From: Octopus bimaculoides
Lineage: Eukaryota
Assembly (NCBI RefSeq): GCF_001194135.2
Contig: NC_068984.1
Location: forward strand, 38,490,782-38,528,099
Direction of reading: 5' to 3'
Length of the DNA stretch: 37,318 bases
Positions within the stretch are counted from its first letter, which is position 1, and every line of letters begins with the position of its first letter. Of the stretch, positions 1-11,175 are shown one piece after another. Position numbers and translations under genes: made by a program. Below the pieces are notes generated by a model. It was not told the origin of the DNA. It saw only the letters and a list, made by a program, of their open reading frames with translations, and did no database searches.

Positions 1-6
1 TCCTTT

Positions 7-121
7 ATCATCATCATCATCGTTTAACGTCCGCTTTCCATGCTAGCATGGGTTGGACGATTTGACTGAGGACTGGTGAAACCAGATGGCTACACCAGGC
101 TCCAATCCGATTTGGCAGAGT
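7..121 (-). mobile_element. 3' end of RTE-tailed SINE / RTE LINE tail
   Basis: (ATC)n tail followed by cgtttaacgtccgctttccatgctagcatgggttggacg; the same tail recurs at 20320, 23240, 24785, 25590 and 30470. Confidence 0.8.
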
Positions 122-140
122 TCATAAACAAAAACAATAC

Positions 141-153
141 CTACAACCTTCAT
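141..153 (-). CDS. Candidate first coding segment (MKVV+G) of a gene running off the left edge
   Basis: ATG AAG GTT GTA G followed by donor GTATTG, downstream of the CpG-rich region; no homology evidence. Confidence 0.2.
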
Positions 154-180
154 ATACTACCCAATCTTTATGTGCTATAA

Positions 181-350
181 GGTCGATAAGAGGGGGGGTA
201 TAAGGTCACAGGCAGTGTTCGCGGAAGATGATTTAAAAGACTTCCGGTACTGGTGGGAGGGCGTGCGTACCGCGGGCTAATGGAGCTTCGGCGTGGGTTC
301 TATTAGCATAGAGATTCCAGTACGAAATGGTGGTGGAGTTGGAAAGCGAG
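181..350. promoter_or_regulatory. CpG-rich putative promoter/first-exon region with ETS-type motifs
   Basis: Local CpG/GC enrichment; ACTTCCGGT (reverse complement of ACCGGAAGT) at 240-248 and GCGGAAG at 221-227. Confidence 0.45.
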
Positions 351-354
351 CTGG

Positions 355-429
355 TTATATATATATATATTATATATATATATATGCATGCATATATCAT
401 CATCATCACTATATATATATATATATATA
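355..429. repeat. (AT)n/(CAT)n microsatellite
   Basis: Direct reading of the sequence. Confidence 0.95.
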
Positions 430-545
430 CAGGGTGTTCACAAAGCCTGGGTACATGAGGATTAACACACACCTTAAGAAATTATTATTTCTTACATTTA
501 ATTGTTTATGCTATGATTTTTATTTACTCCATGTACGCAGACCGC
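430..545. mobile_element. Tc1/mariner-type MITE remnant
   Basis: TA|CAGGGTGTTCACAAAGCCTGGGTACATG left end; partial inverted copy CATGTACGCAGAC near 530-543. Confidence 0.55.
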
Positions 546-580
546 GCGTGTGCGTGCGTGCGTGCGTGTGCGCGCGCATC
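541..580. repeat. (GCGT)n/(GC)n alternating purine-pyrimidine tract
   Basis: cgcgcgtgtgcgtgcgtgcgtgcgtgtgcgcgcgca. Confidence 0.9.
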
Positions 581-1509
581 AAAATCTCCTAACCCTCCAA
601 TAAGTATCACCCTGGCCATAGATTTCATGTGGGGGACAATCATGCAATACCAGCATATGTTATAATACGAGCAGCAAAACTGTCATAAACCAAGAAGCCA
701 TGTTCTGTTCTACACTCATAAACCATGTGTTGTGTAATTATAATTGAATTACTATACCAACAAAACCGGAAATGGTTTGCTTTCTGTTAGTCAGTAGGAA
801 ATAAAAGGGGAAATAAAATATAATTAATTATTCTTGTCATCTCTTTGAATATTCCTTTTGATTTCCACTGTAACCCAGTGTGTTATCGCTTGCATCTTTT
901 TTTTTTTTTCCAGAGACGGTAGGGTATGACATAAGGGAAGTTTGGCAAGTAATTCAAAGGATTCAAGTGACCATATACATGCTCATTGGCATGTTAATTC
1001 AATTGTAGATAATATTGTGGGTCCAAAGCATTTTCATAATTTTGTTAATGTCCATGCTTGTTGTCAGACTTTTAGTTAGCCTTTGTTTCATTCACTATGA
1101 ATAATATATAGCTTTCCTTTCATCACTCACAAGTTATGCTAATGGTTAAAGAAAAAAGAAAAAACAGTAACGCGTATCATATATGATGCATATACATCAG
1201 GGAAATATGTTGTGTATCACAAGTGATACACAGGACAGGTAAAGTTTCCCTAGACATTGCATACAGATATGTGGTTTCTGGCTCTACCCTGGTAATATGT
1301 CATCTAGTAATTAAAAGGTAACAAATTTTTCACCTGTGCTTTAAGAAATATATAACCTATGTTTCTGAGTGTACTTCACTTTTTTCAAAAGTGTGCTTAG
1401 CATTCATCAACAGTGCATGGCATCTTGAGCAAGTGTATTCTACCATAGCCTTGGGTCGACCAATACTTTTTGGGTGGAATTTGGTTGACATAAGTTGTGT
1501 GGAAACCTA

Positions 1510-1567
1510 TCACACACACACAAATATACATACATACACACATATATATATTTATATATATATATAT

Positions 1568-1630
<63 letters not shown>
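1510..1630. repeat. (CA)n/(AT)n microsatellite
   Basis: About 60 bp of pure (CA)n at 1570-1630. Confidence 0.97.
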
Positions 1631-1631
<1 letters not shown>

Positions 1632-1632
<1 letters not shown>

Positions 1633-1996
1633 GAAGGCTGTGGGGCAATACGTTTGCTTCCCAACCATGTAGTTTTGGGTTTGGTTGTATCTCATGGCAC
1701 CTTGGCAAGTGTCTTCTACTATAGCCCAGGGCCAACCAAAGCCTTGTTTGTGAGTGAATTTGATAGATGGAAACTGAAAGAAGCTTGTTGTGCATACACA
1801 CATACGCACACACCTGTGTGCATGTCTGTATTTGTTCCCACCACTGCCTGGCAACTAGTGTTGGTTTGTTTACGCTCCTGTAACTAGCGTTTAAGCAAAA
1901 AGAGACTGATAGAATTTGACTAAACCCTTCGAGGCAATGCCTGTCCTAACATAGCCACAGTCTTATGAGTGAAGCATGTAAAAGAATAAAAGAATA
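1632..1996 (+). mobile_element. tRNA-derived CORE-type SINE (octopus OR1/OR2-like)
   Basis: Degenerate tRNA head, CORE-like ggcaccttggcaagtgtcttctactatagc, gaaactgaaagaag block, (TAAAAGA)n-type tail. Confidence 0.8.
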
Positions 1997-2691
1997 GTTT
2001 CACTGCTGCTGAAAGATGTAAATGTCAGGAAAAAAAAAAAAGGAAAAAAGATACTCTGTCATGTTTATATTCCATCAGAAATCTGAGTTGTATAAACACT
2101 CCCTTGTCACTCTCCTCATTGGAAATACAGTAAACCTGTGATTGGCCCATTGGAAACCTATGACCAATGATTCTATTGCTTATAGAATGCAACAATCTAT
2201 AATAACTTATTCCTTTCACTTGCAATGTATATTATGAAAACAATTTCAAAACTGATCTTAATAATACAACACAAACTCTAAATGAATAACTATGGAATTT
2301 CTGTTACCTAGAAATATTCCATTGAGGCAAATATATTTTTTGCAATATTTTCTTTGATCAATTAATAAATATTACAAAAGCTGTCTTTCTGTCATAAATT
2401 TTAAATTCAATGTAATTTACAAAAGCCATTTTGCAACTGCTACATTTTAACAAACAAAAGAAAAAACAATCATGAATTTGTAGACAAAATGCAAAGTACA
2501 AGATACAATACAAATATAAAATAAGGAAAAGTAGAGAAAAATTGGCAAAAACCTGCAAACAAAAATTGTTAAAAAGCCAAAGGAGAGGTAAGTAGGCTCT
2601 TTCATATCCAAATTCAAGTGGGAATCTTTCTTTACAATACAAATATCTCTTGCACTTCAGTCATTTTTTCTATGATGTCAAGCATTTTATT

Positions 2692-2737
2692 TTAACAGGA
2701 TATAACCTCATATTTATAGAACACTTGTTTGTCCTTG
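2692..2737 (-). CDS. Candidate terminal coding exon (..KDKQVFYKYEVISC*) followed by a T-rich 3' UTR-like stretch to about 2000
   Basis: Acceptor gtgttttattttatttaag; open frame to TAA; downstream sequence strongly T-rich on the minus strand; product not recognised. Confidence 0.3.
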
Positions 2738-3093
2738 CTTAAATAAAATAAAACACTAAGATAGGTAGCTCAGCCTGCCTGTCTCTCTCTCTCTCTCTCT
2801 CTCCATCACCATAGTTATAATTAATGAGCAACCACTTCAAATGATTAGCACTGAGGATAATATCAGCAAGAATATAAAGATACAGGAAGAGACTTCATTT
2901 CAGGAGTGTTGACACATATTTTACTACAGAACAACACTTTGTGAAAGGAGGTTACCAACTTCTGGTAAAGGAATAACAGGCTACTGCTGTTGCTTAGGCC
3001 CTAAGTTAGGCCACATTAAACAGGTCTGTGATCAAAGGAGTTTCAGCTGTAGTCATCCCCTTTTCTAATCAGATATAGGGTATCTATCAAAGA

Positions 3094-3495
3094 CAGGGGT
3101 TCCTAAACTAGGATAAATTTACCCACAGGCATTAAATTTTGTTTACCTAGGGAGTAAATTCACTAATTCTGGATTTGTACATTTTTTAAAATTTCAATTA
3201 TAATTTTTTAAATCTAAAGTTGAAAATATAATTTGAAGGAAGCTTGTGCGTGTGTGCGTGTGCGTGTGCGTGTGCGTGTGCGTGTGTGTGTGTGTGTGTG
3301 AAAAATTTTTTCTATCATTTTTTTTATTTAAATAATCTGTACTGTATATTTCTAAATTAGGCTACTCCATTAGCCAACATGGCAATTAGAAAGACGGTTT
3401 GGTAATTGTTAAGTGCTACTATTATTGTTAATTGAGCTGAAGACTGAACTCAAATTACTGAACAAAGAGTGGGAGTAAATTTACTTTCAAAAAGT
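3094..3495. mobile_element. hAT-like non-autonomous element remnant
   Basis: CAGGGGTTCCTAAACT resembles hAT/Charlie TIRs; right end not recognisable (abuts a SINE). Confidence 0.35.
3245..3300. repeat. (GTGTGC)n/(GT)n microsatellite
   Basis: Direct reading. Confidence 0.95.
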
Positions 3496-3845
3496 CATGT
3501 AGTTAACAAGCTCAGTTTGCAACCAATATGGCTTTGGGTTCAGTCCCACTGCATAGCACCCTGAGCAAATGTCTTCTGCTATTGCTCAATGTTGATCAAT
3601 GAATTTGGTATGTGTGTGTTGTATATGTGTCTGTTCTCTCCACTGCTTGACAATTAGTGCCAATTTGTTTACATAGCCATCACTTGCTGGTTTGGCAAAA
3701 AAAAAAAAAAAAAAATGACCAATAGAATAAGTACCAGACTTATAATTACTGGGGTCAATTTGTTAAACTAAACCCTTCAACGTGATGCCCCAGATAGCTA
3801 CAGTCCAATAACTGAAACAAGCAAAAGAAAGTAAAAGAAAAAAGG
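3496..3845 (+). mobile_element. CORE-type SINE copy
   Basis: gggttcagtcccactgcatagcaccctgagcaaatgtcttctg ... gaataagtaccagact ... actgaaacaagcaaaaga tail. Confidence 0.75.
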
Positions 3846-4014
3846 TATATGAAAGAAAAGCATTTAGAAACTTGATCTCGACAATTATCAAATGTGACCC
3901 TCTTTTTTGTAAGACAGTAGGTTGTGATTTGACAAATTTTGTTATTACTTCTAGCAGGCTAAGTAACTACAAAGTAGATCTCTTGTTGGCTCTAATGGGC
4001 AATAAATTGTTTTA

Positions 4015-4402
4015 TCTTTTATCTTTTACTCGTTTCAGTCATTAGACTGTGGCCATGCTGGAGCACTGCCTTGAAGAATTTATTTTAGTCGAATGAATTG
4101 ACCCCAGTACTTATTTTTTAAAGCCTGGTACTTATTTTATTGTTCTCTTTTGCCAAACTGCTAAGTCACAAGGATGTAAACATACCAACACCAGTTGTCA
4201 AGCAGTGGTGGAAGACAAATACAGACAGAAAAACACACACGACGGACTTCTTTCAGTGTCCATCTACCAAATCCATTCACAAGGCTTTGGTTGGCCCAAG
4301 GCTATAGTAGAAGACACTTGCCCAAGGTGCCACACAGTGGGACTGAACCCAGAACCATGTGGTTGGGAAGCAAGCTTCTTACCCCACACCCATGCCTGCA
4401 CC
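4015..4402 (-). mobile_element. CORE-type SINE, near full length
   Basis: Reverse complement of the family: tcttttactcgtttcagtcattagactgtggccatgctggagc ... gtagaagacacttgcccaaggtgccacacagtgggactgaaccc. Confidence 0.9.
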
Positions 4403-4812
4403 TACTCTTTTACTCTTTTACTTGTTTCAGTCATTTGACTGCGGCCATGCTGGAGCACCACCATTAGTCGAGCAAATTGACCCCAGGACTTATTCTTTGT
4501 AAGCCTAGTACTTATTCTATTGGTCCCTTTTGCCAAACTGCTAAGTTACAGGGACATAAACACACCAACATTGGTTGTCAAGCGATGTTGGGGGGACAAA
4601 CACAGACACACAAACATATACACACACNNNNNNNNNNATATATACACACGATGGGTTTCTTTCAGTTTCTGTCTACCAAATCCACTCCCGAGGCTTTGGT
4701 CAACCTGAGGCTATAGTAGAAGACACTTGCCCAAGGTGTCACGCAGTGGGTCTGAACCCAGAACCATGTGGTTGGTAAGCAAGCTACTTACCACACAGCC
4801 ACTCCTGCACCT
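4403..4812 (-). mobile_element. CORE-type SINE, full length, tandem to the previous copy
   Basis: tactcttttactcttttacttgtttcagtcatttgactgcggccatgctggagcacc ... ttaccacacagccactcctgc; contains a 10-N gap at 4628-4637. Confidence 0.92.
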
Positions 4813-4869
4813 AAAGTTTTTTTTTTCTATAGTGGTGCTGCTGGTTTCAGCCATGAAATATATCATTTT

Positions 4870-5100
4870 GGTTTAGTCAAGAAGAATGGGCAGTATCAAT
4901 GACCTTTGTAGACCTTTCAAAACTTGTGAAATTGATGCAGTTGATATTTAAGTGGATGTCTGGAGGAAAATTGGAAGAAAAAGAATTCCAGAGCGTTCAC
5001 ATTCTTTAGAGAAAGGATTTGGGAAAAGTGGTTGGCATAGGGCCTGAAGAGTGAAATACAGCATGACTGATGAGAAGAAGATTCATTGAAAATAAGTAAA
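4870..5100 (-). mobile_element. Decayed CR1/L2-like LINE 3' fragment
   Basis: Minus-strand residual similarity, judged by eye, to the NSFF..LWNSLP..F region at the end of CR1/L2 ORF2. Confidence 0.35.
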
Positions 5101-5149
5101 ATGTGGAAACAATTGGACTAAATCATTAAGTGCTAAGTGTTTTGGCTAT

Positions 5150-5312
5150 TAGTAACCTTGATAAGTTTTAGTCTCAAATTTAGTCCATTGCCCTCAATAG
5201 CCTGTCCTGCAGAAGCTTCCTGTCCTCCTCTAAATTATACATCTTTACCTTTTTGTTGTCATTAAATGCTTCAACAGGTACTTCTCTAAATTTCTGACTG
5301 TTCAGTAAAAGA
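5150..5312 (-). mobile_element. RTE LINE fragment
   Basis: Minus frame LNSQKFREVPVEAFNDNKKVKMYNLEEDRKLLQDRLLRAMD; homologous to 7350-7480 on the plus strand. Confidence 0.7.
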
Positions 5313-6189
5313 CCATTAAATTCCTGAGCAGAAATGCTTGGATTTCTTCAACATCCAACATCTTCAATAACAACAGTGCTTTGTAATGGTTTATCCAAGA
5401 AGAAAAGACTGTACCCATTTATTTCACTGGTTTTGGTAATTCTGTTAAGTTAATGTAGTTGTTTTGGATAGCTGTAAGCTGACAGCTGTTGGAAAAACAT
5501 GAACAGAGATGGAATTTCAGCAGGATAAGAGGTTTTGGAAAGAGAAGGAAGCACTGAAGTTGATGTTGAGGATAGCGTTGCTGACAGAGCTATTTATTAT
5601 CAGTGCATTGACAAAAATAGCTAAAAATATTTAGCTTCATCTTTGTTCCAAATGCAAATTTCTAAGCTAACTTTGCCTTACATCCAAGGGCTGATAAAAT
5701 AAATATTAGGTTTGAAGTAGGATCAAATCAACTGACTACTCAATCTATGGCCTTGTAGCATTGGAAGGAATCAGTGTTGTCATCAGTGTACAGAAGCTTA
5801 CTCTATATATTTCTACAGTTTTCAGATTGTAGTCATGCTAGGGTATCAACTTCAAGGCTTTTAGTTGATTATATTGACCCTACTGTAATATTGGTTTTCC
5901 AGATATTATTCATTAGAAATATGTTCATGATCTATTACATAATTAAGTTGCTGTGATGTTTTAAATATAAGAATATCCAGGTTAAGTGAAATTTCTAATC
6001 ATTAATAATAATTTGATTGCAAATAGAATGATATGGGGTGCCTGTATTTTTCTTCATCTTTACTATTCCACCTACCCCTACCATTGATCAGTAGCATTCC
6101 ACCAACCTTTCTTTTCTTCTATGGTGTACAGACCCCACCCCTGCCAAATATATATACATATATATGTAAACACATAAACACACATTTCT

Positions 6190-6478
6190 ACATGCACGTG
6201 TGTGTGAGTGAGTGTGCATGTAGCATGTGAGTGAGTGAGTGTGCAAGTTAGTGAGTGTGCATGTAGCATGCGAGTAAGTGTGCATGTAGCGTGTGAGTGA
6301 GTGAGTGTGTATGTAGCGTGCGAGTGAGTGAGTGTGCATGTAGCGTGCATGAGTGAGTATGCATGTAGTGTGTGTGAGTGAGTATGCATAGTGTGCATGT
6401 ATGTATGTGTATGCATGCATGCGTGTGTATATGCATGTGCACACGTGTATGCATATGTGTGTGTGTGTGCTTGCATGT
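6190..6478. repeat. Compound minisatellite, unit about gtgtgcatgtagcgtg(cg/tg)agtgagtga, grading into (GCAT)n/(GT)n
   Basis: At least 6 imperfect units of about 24-28 bp; source of the H/T-rich false ORFs. Confidence 0.9.
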
Positions 6479-6647
6479 AGAATGTATTTGCAGTGTTGGC
6501 AGACAAACATCAATGCCAATTATCCTTCACAGGAATGGCAATGTACCTTTCTGCATTCCAGTAGGAGTTACTAGGCCTAAGAATTTGTGGGATGAGGTGG
6601 ATATGGCAATATATTGAGCAGTAATACTAGAAATTATTTGGACAAAA

Positions 6648-7505
6648 CCTTAGAACAATCCCAATCAATATAGGCACAATGAAAGGTAGGTCTGGTGAGA
6701 TTGTTGAAATGGTAGAATGGAGGCATACAGATGTGTACTGTATGGAAGAAGTATGACAGGAGAATCTCAGCCAGACTTCTCATGGGCAAGGAACAAAGAT
6801 ATAAATTTTTCTAGGTAGTGAATAGTAATGATGTGGGAGGTGTAGGCATACTTTTAGCAGAGAAATGAATAGATAAGGTGACTGAGGTAGTAAGAGTGTG
6901 ATAGGATTAAGCTTTGGCTAGTCTTGGAAAACATGACAGTAACATTTATCTCTGCATATGTTCCTCAATTGGGACTGGCAGATAAAGAAAAGGACCAATT
7001 TTATGAGGCCTTTTGCAGAGAGATATTTTATCATCAAAGTTGGTGACTTCAATGGGCATATTAGGCAGCAATTTGATGGATTGCAGAATGTACATGGAGA
7101 CTATGGCTTTGACCCTTGCAATGAGAAGGGAATATGGCTCTTGAAATTCTGTAATGCAAATGACTTAATGATCTGCAATTAAAAAAACCAATCAGTCACC
7201 TGATTACCTAGGAATAGAAAAATGCTTGTGAATGCAAAATCCTTGTCAGGTGAAGAATGTACAACCCAAAAGAGTAGCTAGTAACTTCAGACTCAGCGCA
7301 AGAAGAACTCAGAGATGCAAACAGTCTATAAGAGAAAGTTATGGAAGCTTAAAGCTTCAGTGAACAGTCACAAATTTTGACAAGTACTAGTTGAAGTATT
7401 TGACAATGAGAAGATGGTAAAAACATAATTTAGAGGACAGGAAGTTCCTGCAGGACAACAGACTAAATCTGAGGCTGGTGAAAAGGTTCCAGCCAGACCA
7501 AGGAT
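6648..7505 (+). mobile_element. RTE-clade LINE remnant, AP-endonuclease domain, with stops and frameshifts
   Basis: Residual peptides GTMKGRSGEIVEM, GVGILLAEK, KVGDFNGHI, NVHGDYGF, KFCNANDLMICN match the RTE APE domain. Confidence 0.88.
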
Positions 7506-7764
7506 ATAATGTACACACACACCTGATGAACTTCCACCTACTAAATTTCATTCATGAGGTTTTAACCAACAAGAGATAATAATAGCATACATTTGCCCAA
7601 AGTTCTGCACAATGGCAGTGATTCCAGAATGTGATAGCAAAGCAAAAATATTTAACCACATGGCCATGTTATTTTTTCCCTTTTTGTAATTAATAGAGAC
7701 ATTAAAAAAGTAAATAATAAAAAAGAGTGAAATAAATGTTTTCTAGTGTTTAGTTCTGTTTCTT

Positions 7765-7905
7765 GATGTTCTGGGTTCAAATCCAATCAACTACGGTTAA
7801 ACTTGCTTTTCAGCCAAGCAGACTTGATAAAATAAGTACCAATCATGTTCTAAGATAAAATTCAGTCAACCATACTCTAATAAATTTGTTGCTTTGAGCC
7901 TATAT
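7765..7905 (+). mobile_element. Second tRNA-SINE family (Meta-like domain), fragment
   Basis: gggttcaaatcc ... ttgataaaataagtacc. Confidence 0.55.
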
Positions 7906-8119
7906 TCATCATCATCAATCAGTGTTTCATAGCACCAAGGGTCATTGATAACTTGCATTTGCTCAAATTTAAGATGATAGTTAGCAGTAAGTATAACTGT
8001 AGGAGTAGATATAATCCAAGTAGATTGAAGTCACATGAAATGAAGTACCTTACTCAAGTCCAAGAATTGAACCCATGGCATAGTAATTATGAGCTGAATG
8101 ACAACCTCATGCCTTCAAG

Positions 8120-8343
8120 TGCCAATATTAGAAATCATTACATTTATTAATAGCCTTCAAGTCACTGGGACACAGCTTGAACGACTGTTTTCATGTGATT
8201 CAAAGGAAGATACACAACACTAACTTCCTGCTGCCTCTTTTAGGCTTATCAGAGCATTTCTGCTTATCACTATTAGAATATTTGTCAGTTATATACCTCC
8301 AAACTCTTCACCCTTCACTGTGTACAATGGAGTTTTCAGCTAT
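8120..8343 (-). other. Candidate terminal/3' UTR exon
   Basis: Acceptor ttttattggtttaatccag at 8344; AATAAA at 8143-8148 (minus); only a short open frame (IAENSIVHSEG*). Confidence 0.25.
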
Positions 8344-8774
8344 CTGGATTAAACCAATAAAATTTTAAAATTCTTTAACAGTACAGCTGGTAGTAGGAAG
8401 TTGGTTGGGAAACAAACTTTTGAAGCTCTTAATCACAAGGCCAGCACTCTACTAAATATGAGTCAATGTTTCATTCATTGTATTCTAATGCCCATTTTGG
8501 AAAGTGTTTAAGCAATAAAAACACTAAAACATTTATACTAACATGAGACAATATGCACAGAAATTATGAGTCATCCAGCTCCTCTTCAGTTTTTAATTAG
8601 TCTCTCTAATCTTAACCATTCCAATACCAGTAATGATACAAACATATAAAAATTGATGAGGGGATAAAAATGATACTGTATCCAACACCTCCACATCACT
8701 TGTAATTGCAGTTACTCCTAATTTCTTAATTTTCTTTTCTTCCATCCAATCATCAAATGATTCTAAAAGCTTAC

Positions 8775-8894
8775 ATATTACATCTGATTTTCTGGTGCTA
8801 AGTGAATGGGATGTAAACCTGTCTCTTGATCTCTCGGTAGGGCTGCAGTCTTGTACATACTATTTCCAAAGGATCTGACAGAAATTCCTGACAG
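8775..8894 (-). CDS. Candidate 120-nt exon (LSGISVRSFGNSMYKTAALPRDQETGLHPIHLAPENQM* in phase 0; alternative frame CQEFLSDPLEIVCTRLQPYREIKRQ with an internal donor)
   Basis: Pyrimidine-rich acceptor ctttctatattctgtacttgatctag, donor GTAAGC, GC higher than flanks. Confidence 0.4.
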
Positions 8895-10019
8895 CTAGAT
8901 CAAGTACAGAATATAGAAAGTTGTGTACTTCTCAAATAATTACTCTAGAATTGAACTCAATATCGAGATGGCAGTTATTTTTTTTTATTTAGGTTCTTTT
9001 GTCAAATAATACTCACAAAGTATTGTCAACCCATGATTATAGTCGATGACATTCCCCAGAGTGCCATATATTGGGGATGAACCAGGGACCATGTGGCTGC
9101 AAAAGAAACCAATTAACCACAGCCATTTCACTTCTATCACTCAGAAACTAATGACATGAGAATATCTTATATATTTTTGCATCAAAAGAAGAAAAGTACA
9201 CTTCATGAAAGTTGATTCACTGACTTGGTTTCAATTCCCAGCTGTAGTGATTTCATTTCACTTATGTTAATCATGCCTGTGAGGTCCACAAGACTTTCAT
9301 TTCTCTTATAGACGATGTAAAGAATCAATAATGTTAACAAGGGAGAATACACAGACGTTCAAGATAATTTCACTAACTGGGGTTAAAGGTTAAGACAGCT
9401 GAAGCTAAGGAGAAACACAAATGTTATTCTCTTCAGCAAAGAAGAGAAAATAATATTTCTTTTTTAGAACTAAAGATGATAAAGAAATTTACAATTCTAC
9501 CAGTTTCCTCTACTTAAAACGGAGATATTAAACATATATAGATATTTATATAATAATATTTTCTTTTACACAAAATATCCACAGCTAGTGGCTGACATGG
9601 TGGAAAAAATAAACAGTTTGAATTAATTGGATAGCACAATTCAAAGTGTTTTTTTTTACAGACGGAAACAAGTGTAAGCATAGATCAATGTAGCACAAAA
9701 ACTGTGCTAAATGACACTAATGGAGATTTAAGACAGAGAGGCTGGGCTGAATGTAAAGGAAGCTGTTAGACTCATTCCTGTAGTTAGTGCCAACACCAGA
9801 TGTTACAATAATCAGCGGTAGGATCACATATGATAATTTCAGGTATTGCTTAAAGTTTATAGTCTGTATATAGGAATGGGTAAAAAAGGTTTTTTATGAA
9901 GCCAGCAACACCACTGATACCATCTCCACTACCACAACCATTGCTGCTACCAACAAATGTGTGAATATCTATGCTTAATATTCTGGAGAGGATATTGATT
10001 ATCAGTTTTTCTTCTCCAA

Positions 10020-10672
10020 ATAATTCTTTCTATTATTGGCACAAGGCCTGAAATTTTTTGGTAGGAGGAGATAGTTGATTACATAGACCCCAGCACTTGA
10101 TTGGTACCTACTTGATCAACCCTAAAAGGATAAAAGGTAAAGTTGACCTCAGTAGAATTTGAATTTAGAACATAGAGCTGGAAGAAATACTGTTAAACAT
10201 TTTGTTTATTATTATTATTAAAGCTCACTGCTTTAATAATAATCTTTTCTACTATAGGCATAAGGAATGAAATTTTGGGGGAGGGGATAAGTCGATTACA
10301 TCAACCCCAGTGCTTGACTGGTACTTAATCCCGAAAGGCAAAGTTGCCCATGGCAGAATTTGAACTTAGAGTGTAAGGATGAAATGCTGCTAAGCATTTT
10401 GCCCAGGGTACGAACAATTCTGCCAGCTCACCACCTTAAATAATGATTATAATAACAGTACTTTTCTACTATAGACACAAGGCCTGAAATTCAAAAGGTG
10501 TGGGATAGGCAATTACATCAACCCCAGTGCTCAACAAATACTATGTCATTGGTCCTGAAAGAATGAAAGGCAAAGTCAACTTTAGCAGAATTTGAACTCA
10601 AAATGTAAAGACAGGTGAACTGCTGTAAAGCATTTTGTCCAATGTACTGACGAGTCTGCTACTTCACTGCCT
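10020..10672 (-). mobile_element. Three tandem copies of the second tRNA-SINE family (about 10020-10205, 10243-10438, 10463-10672)
   Basis: Each unit: ttctactataggcacaaggcctgaaatt ... catcaaccccagtgc ... aaaggcaaagtcaac ... gaatttgaactc ... taagcattttg ... gctcaccacct; the central block is the reverse complement of a Meta-like ctttcatcctttcggggtcgataaa domain. Confidence 0.85.
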
Positions 10673-10922
10673 TAATAATAATTATAATAACAATTTTTGG
10701 CCACAAGGACCCAAGACATTGGGGACAGTACAGAAGGTGAAATACACAGGAAAACAAGAACAAAGGATTTATAGATTAAAAGGCTGAGATTAACAATAAT
10801 ACCAAAGACACATAAATAAACATGCAATAATAAACAGTAAAGAATAAAATAAAAACAAGGAAAGGATCCACAAAATGTGAGTTTTCTAACATAAGCACAA
10901 AATCAGAAATTTACAGGGCAAG

Positions 10923-11155
10923 TGTACATTATTTACAACTGACAGATATTTGTACTCATCTTTTTTGTTGTTAACACAACATTTCGGCTGATATACTCTC
11001 CAGCCTTCATCAGGTGTCTTGGGGGGAAATTTCGAACCTGGGTTCTCGTTCCTAAGGTATTTTTCGATATTATTATTATTATTCAGGTCACTGACTGGAA
11101 TCGAACTCAGAATCTTGGGGTTAGTAGCCCGTGTTCTTAACCACTACGCCATATG
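10923..11155 (-). mobile_element. tRNA-headed SINE-like unit with hammerhead tail, left inverted arm
   Basis: Reverse complement gives A box TGGCGTAGTGG, B box GAGTTCGATTCC, (AAT)n linker and a CTGATGA..GAAA core. Confidence 0.9.
10973..11018 (-). ncRNA. Minimal type I hammerhead ribozyme motif (Penelope-type)
   Basis: GACAC-CUGAUGA-A-GGCUG[gagaguauau]CAGCC-GAAA-U-GUU-GUGUU; stems I and II pair; stem III palindrome changed from ACGU to AUGU. Confidence 0.75.
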
Positions 11156-11175
11156 ACGTAATGGTTAACCACGGG

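Noticed and set aside
233-1887. ORFs rich in YI, HT and CV repeats
   Set aside because: They are translations of (AT)n and (CA)n microsatellites and adjacent SINE sequence.
5670-5705. 9-nt micro-exon-like AG..GTAAGG on the minus strand
   Set aside because: It lies within a degenerate SINE central domain.
6078-6617. ORFs of 142-143 aa rich in His/Thr
   Set aside because: They arise from the GAGT/GCAT minisatellite and are open in several frames at once.
7519-7530. ACACCTGATGAA as a third hammerhead
   Set aside because: No stem II or GAAAC follows; it is a (CA)n junction with SINE debris.
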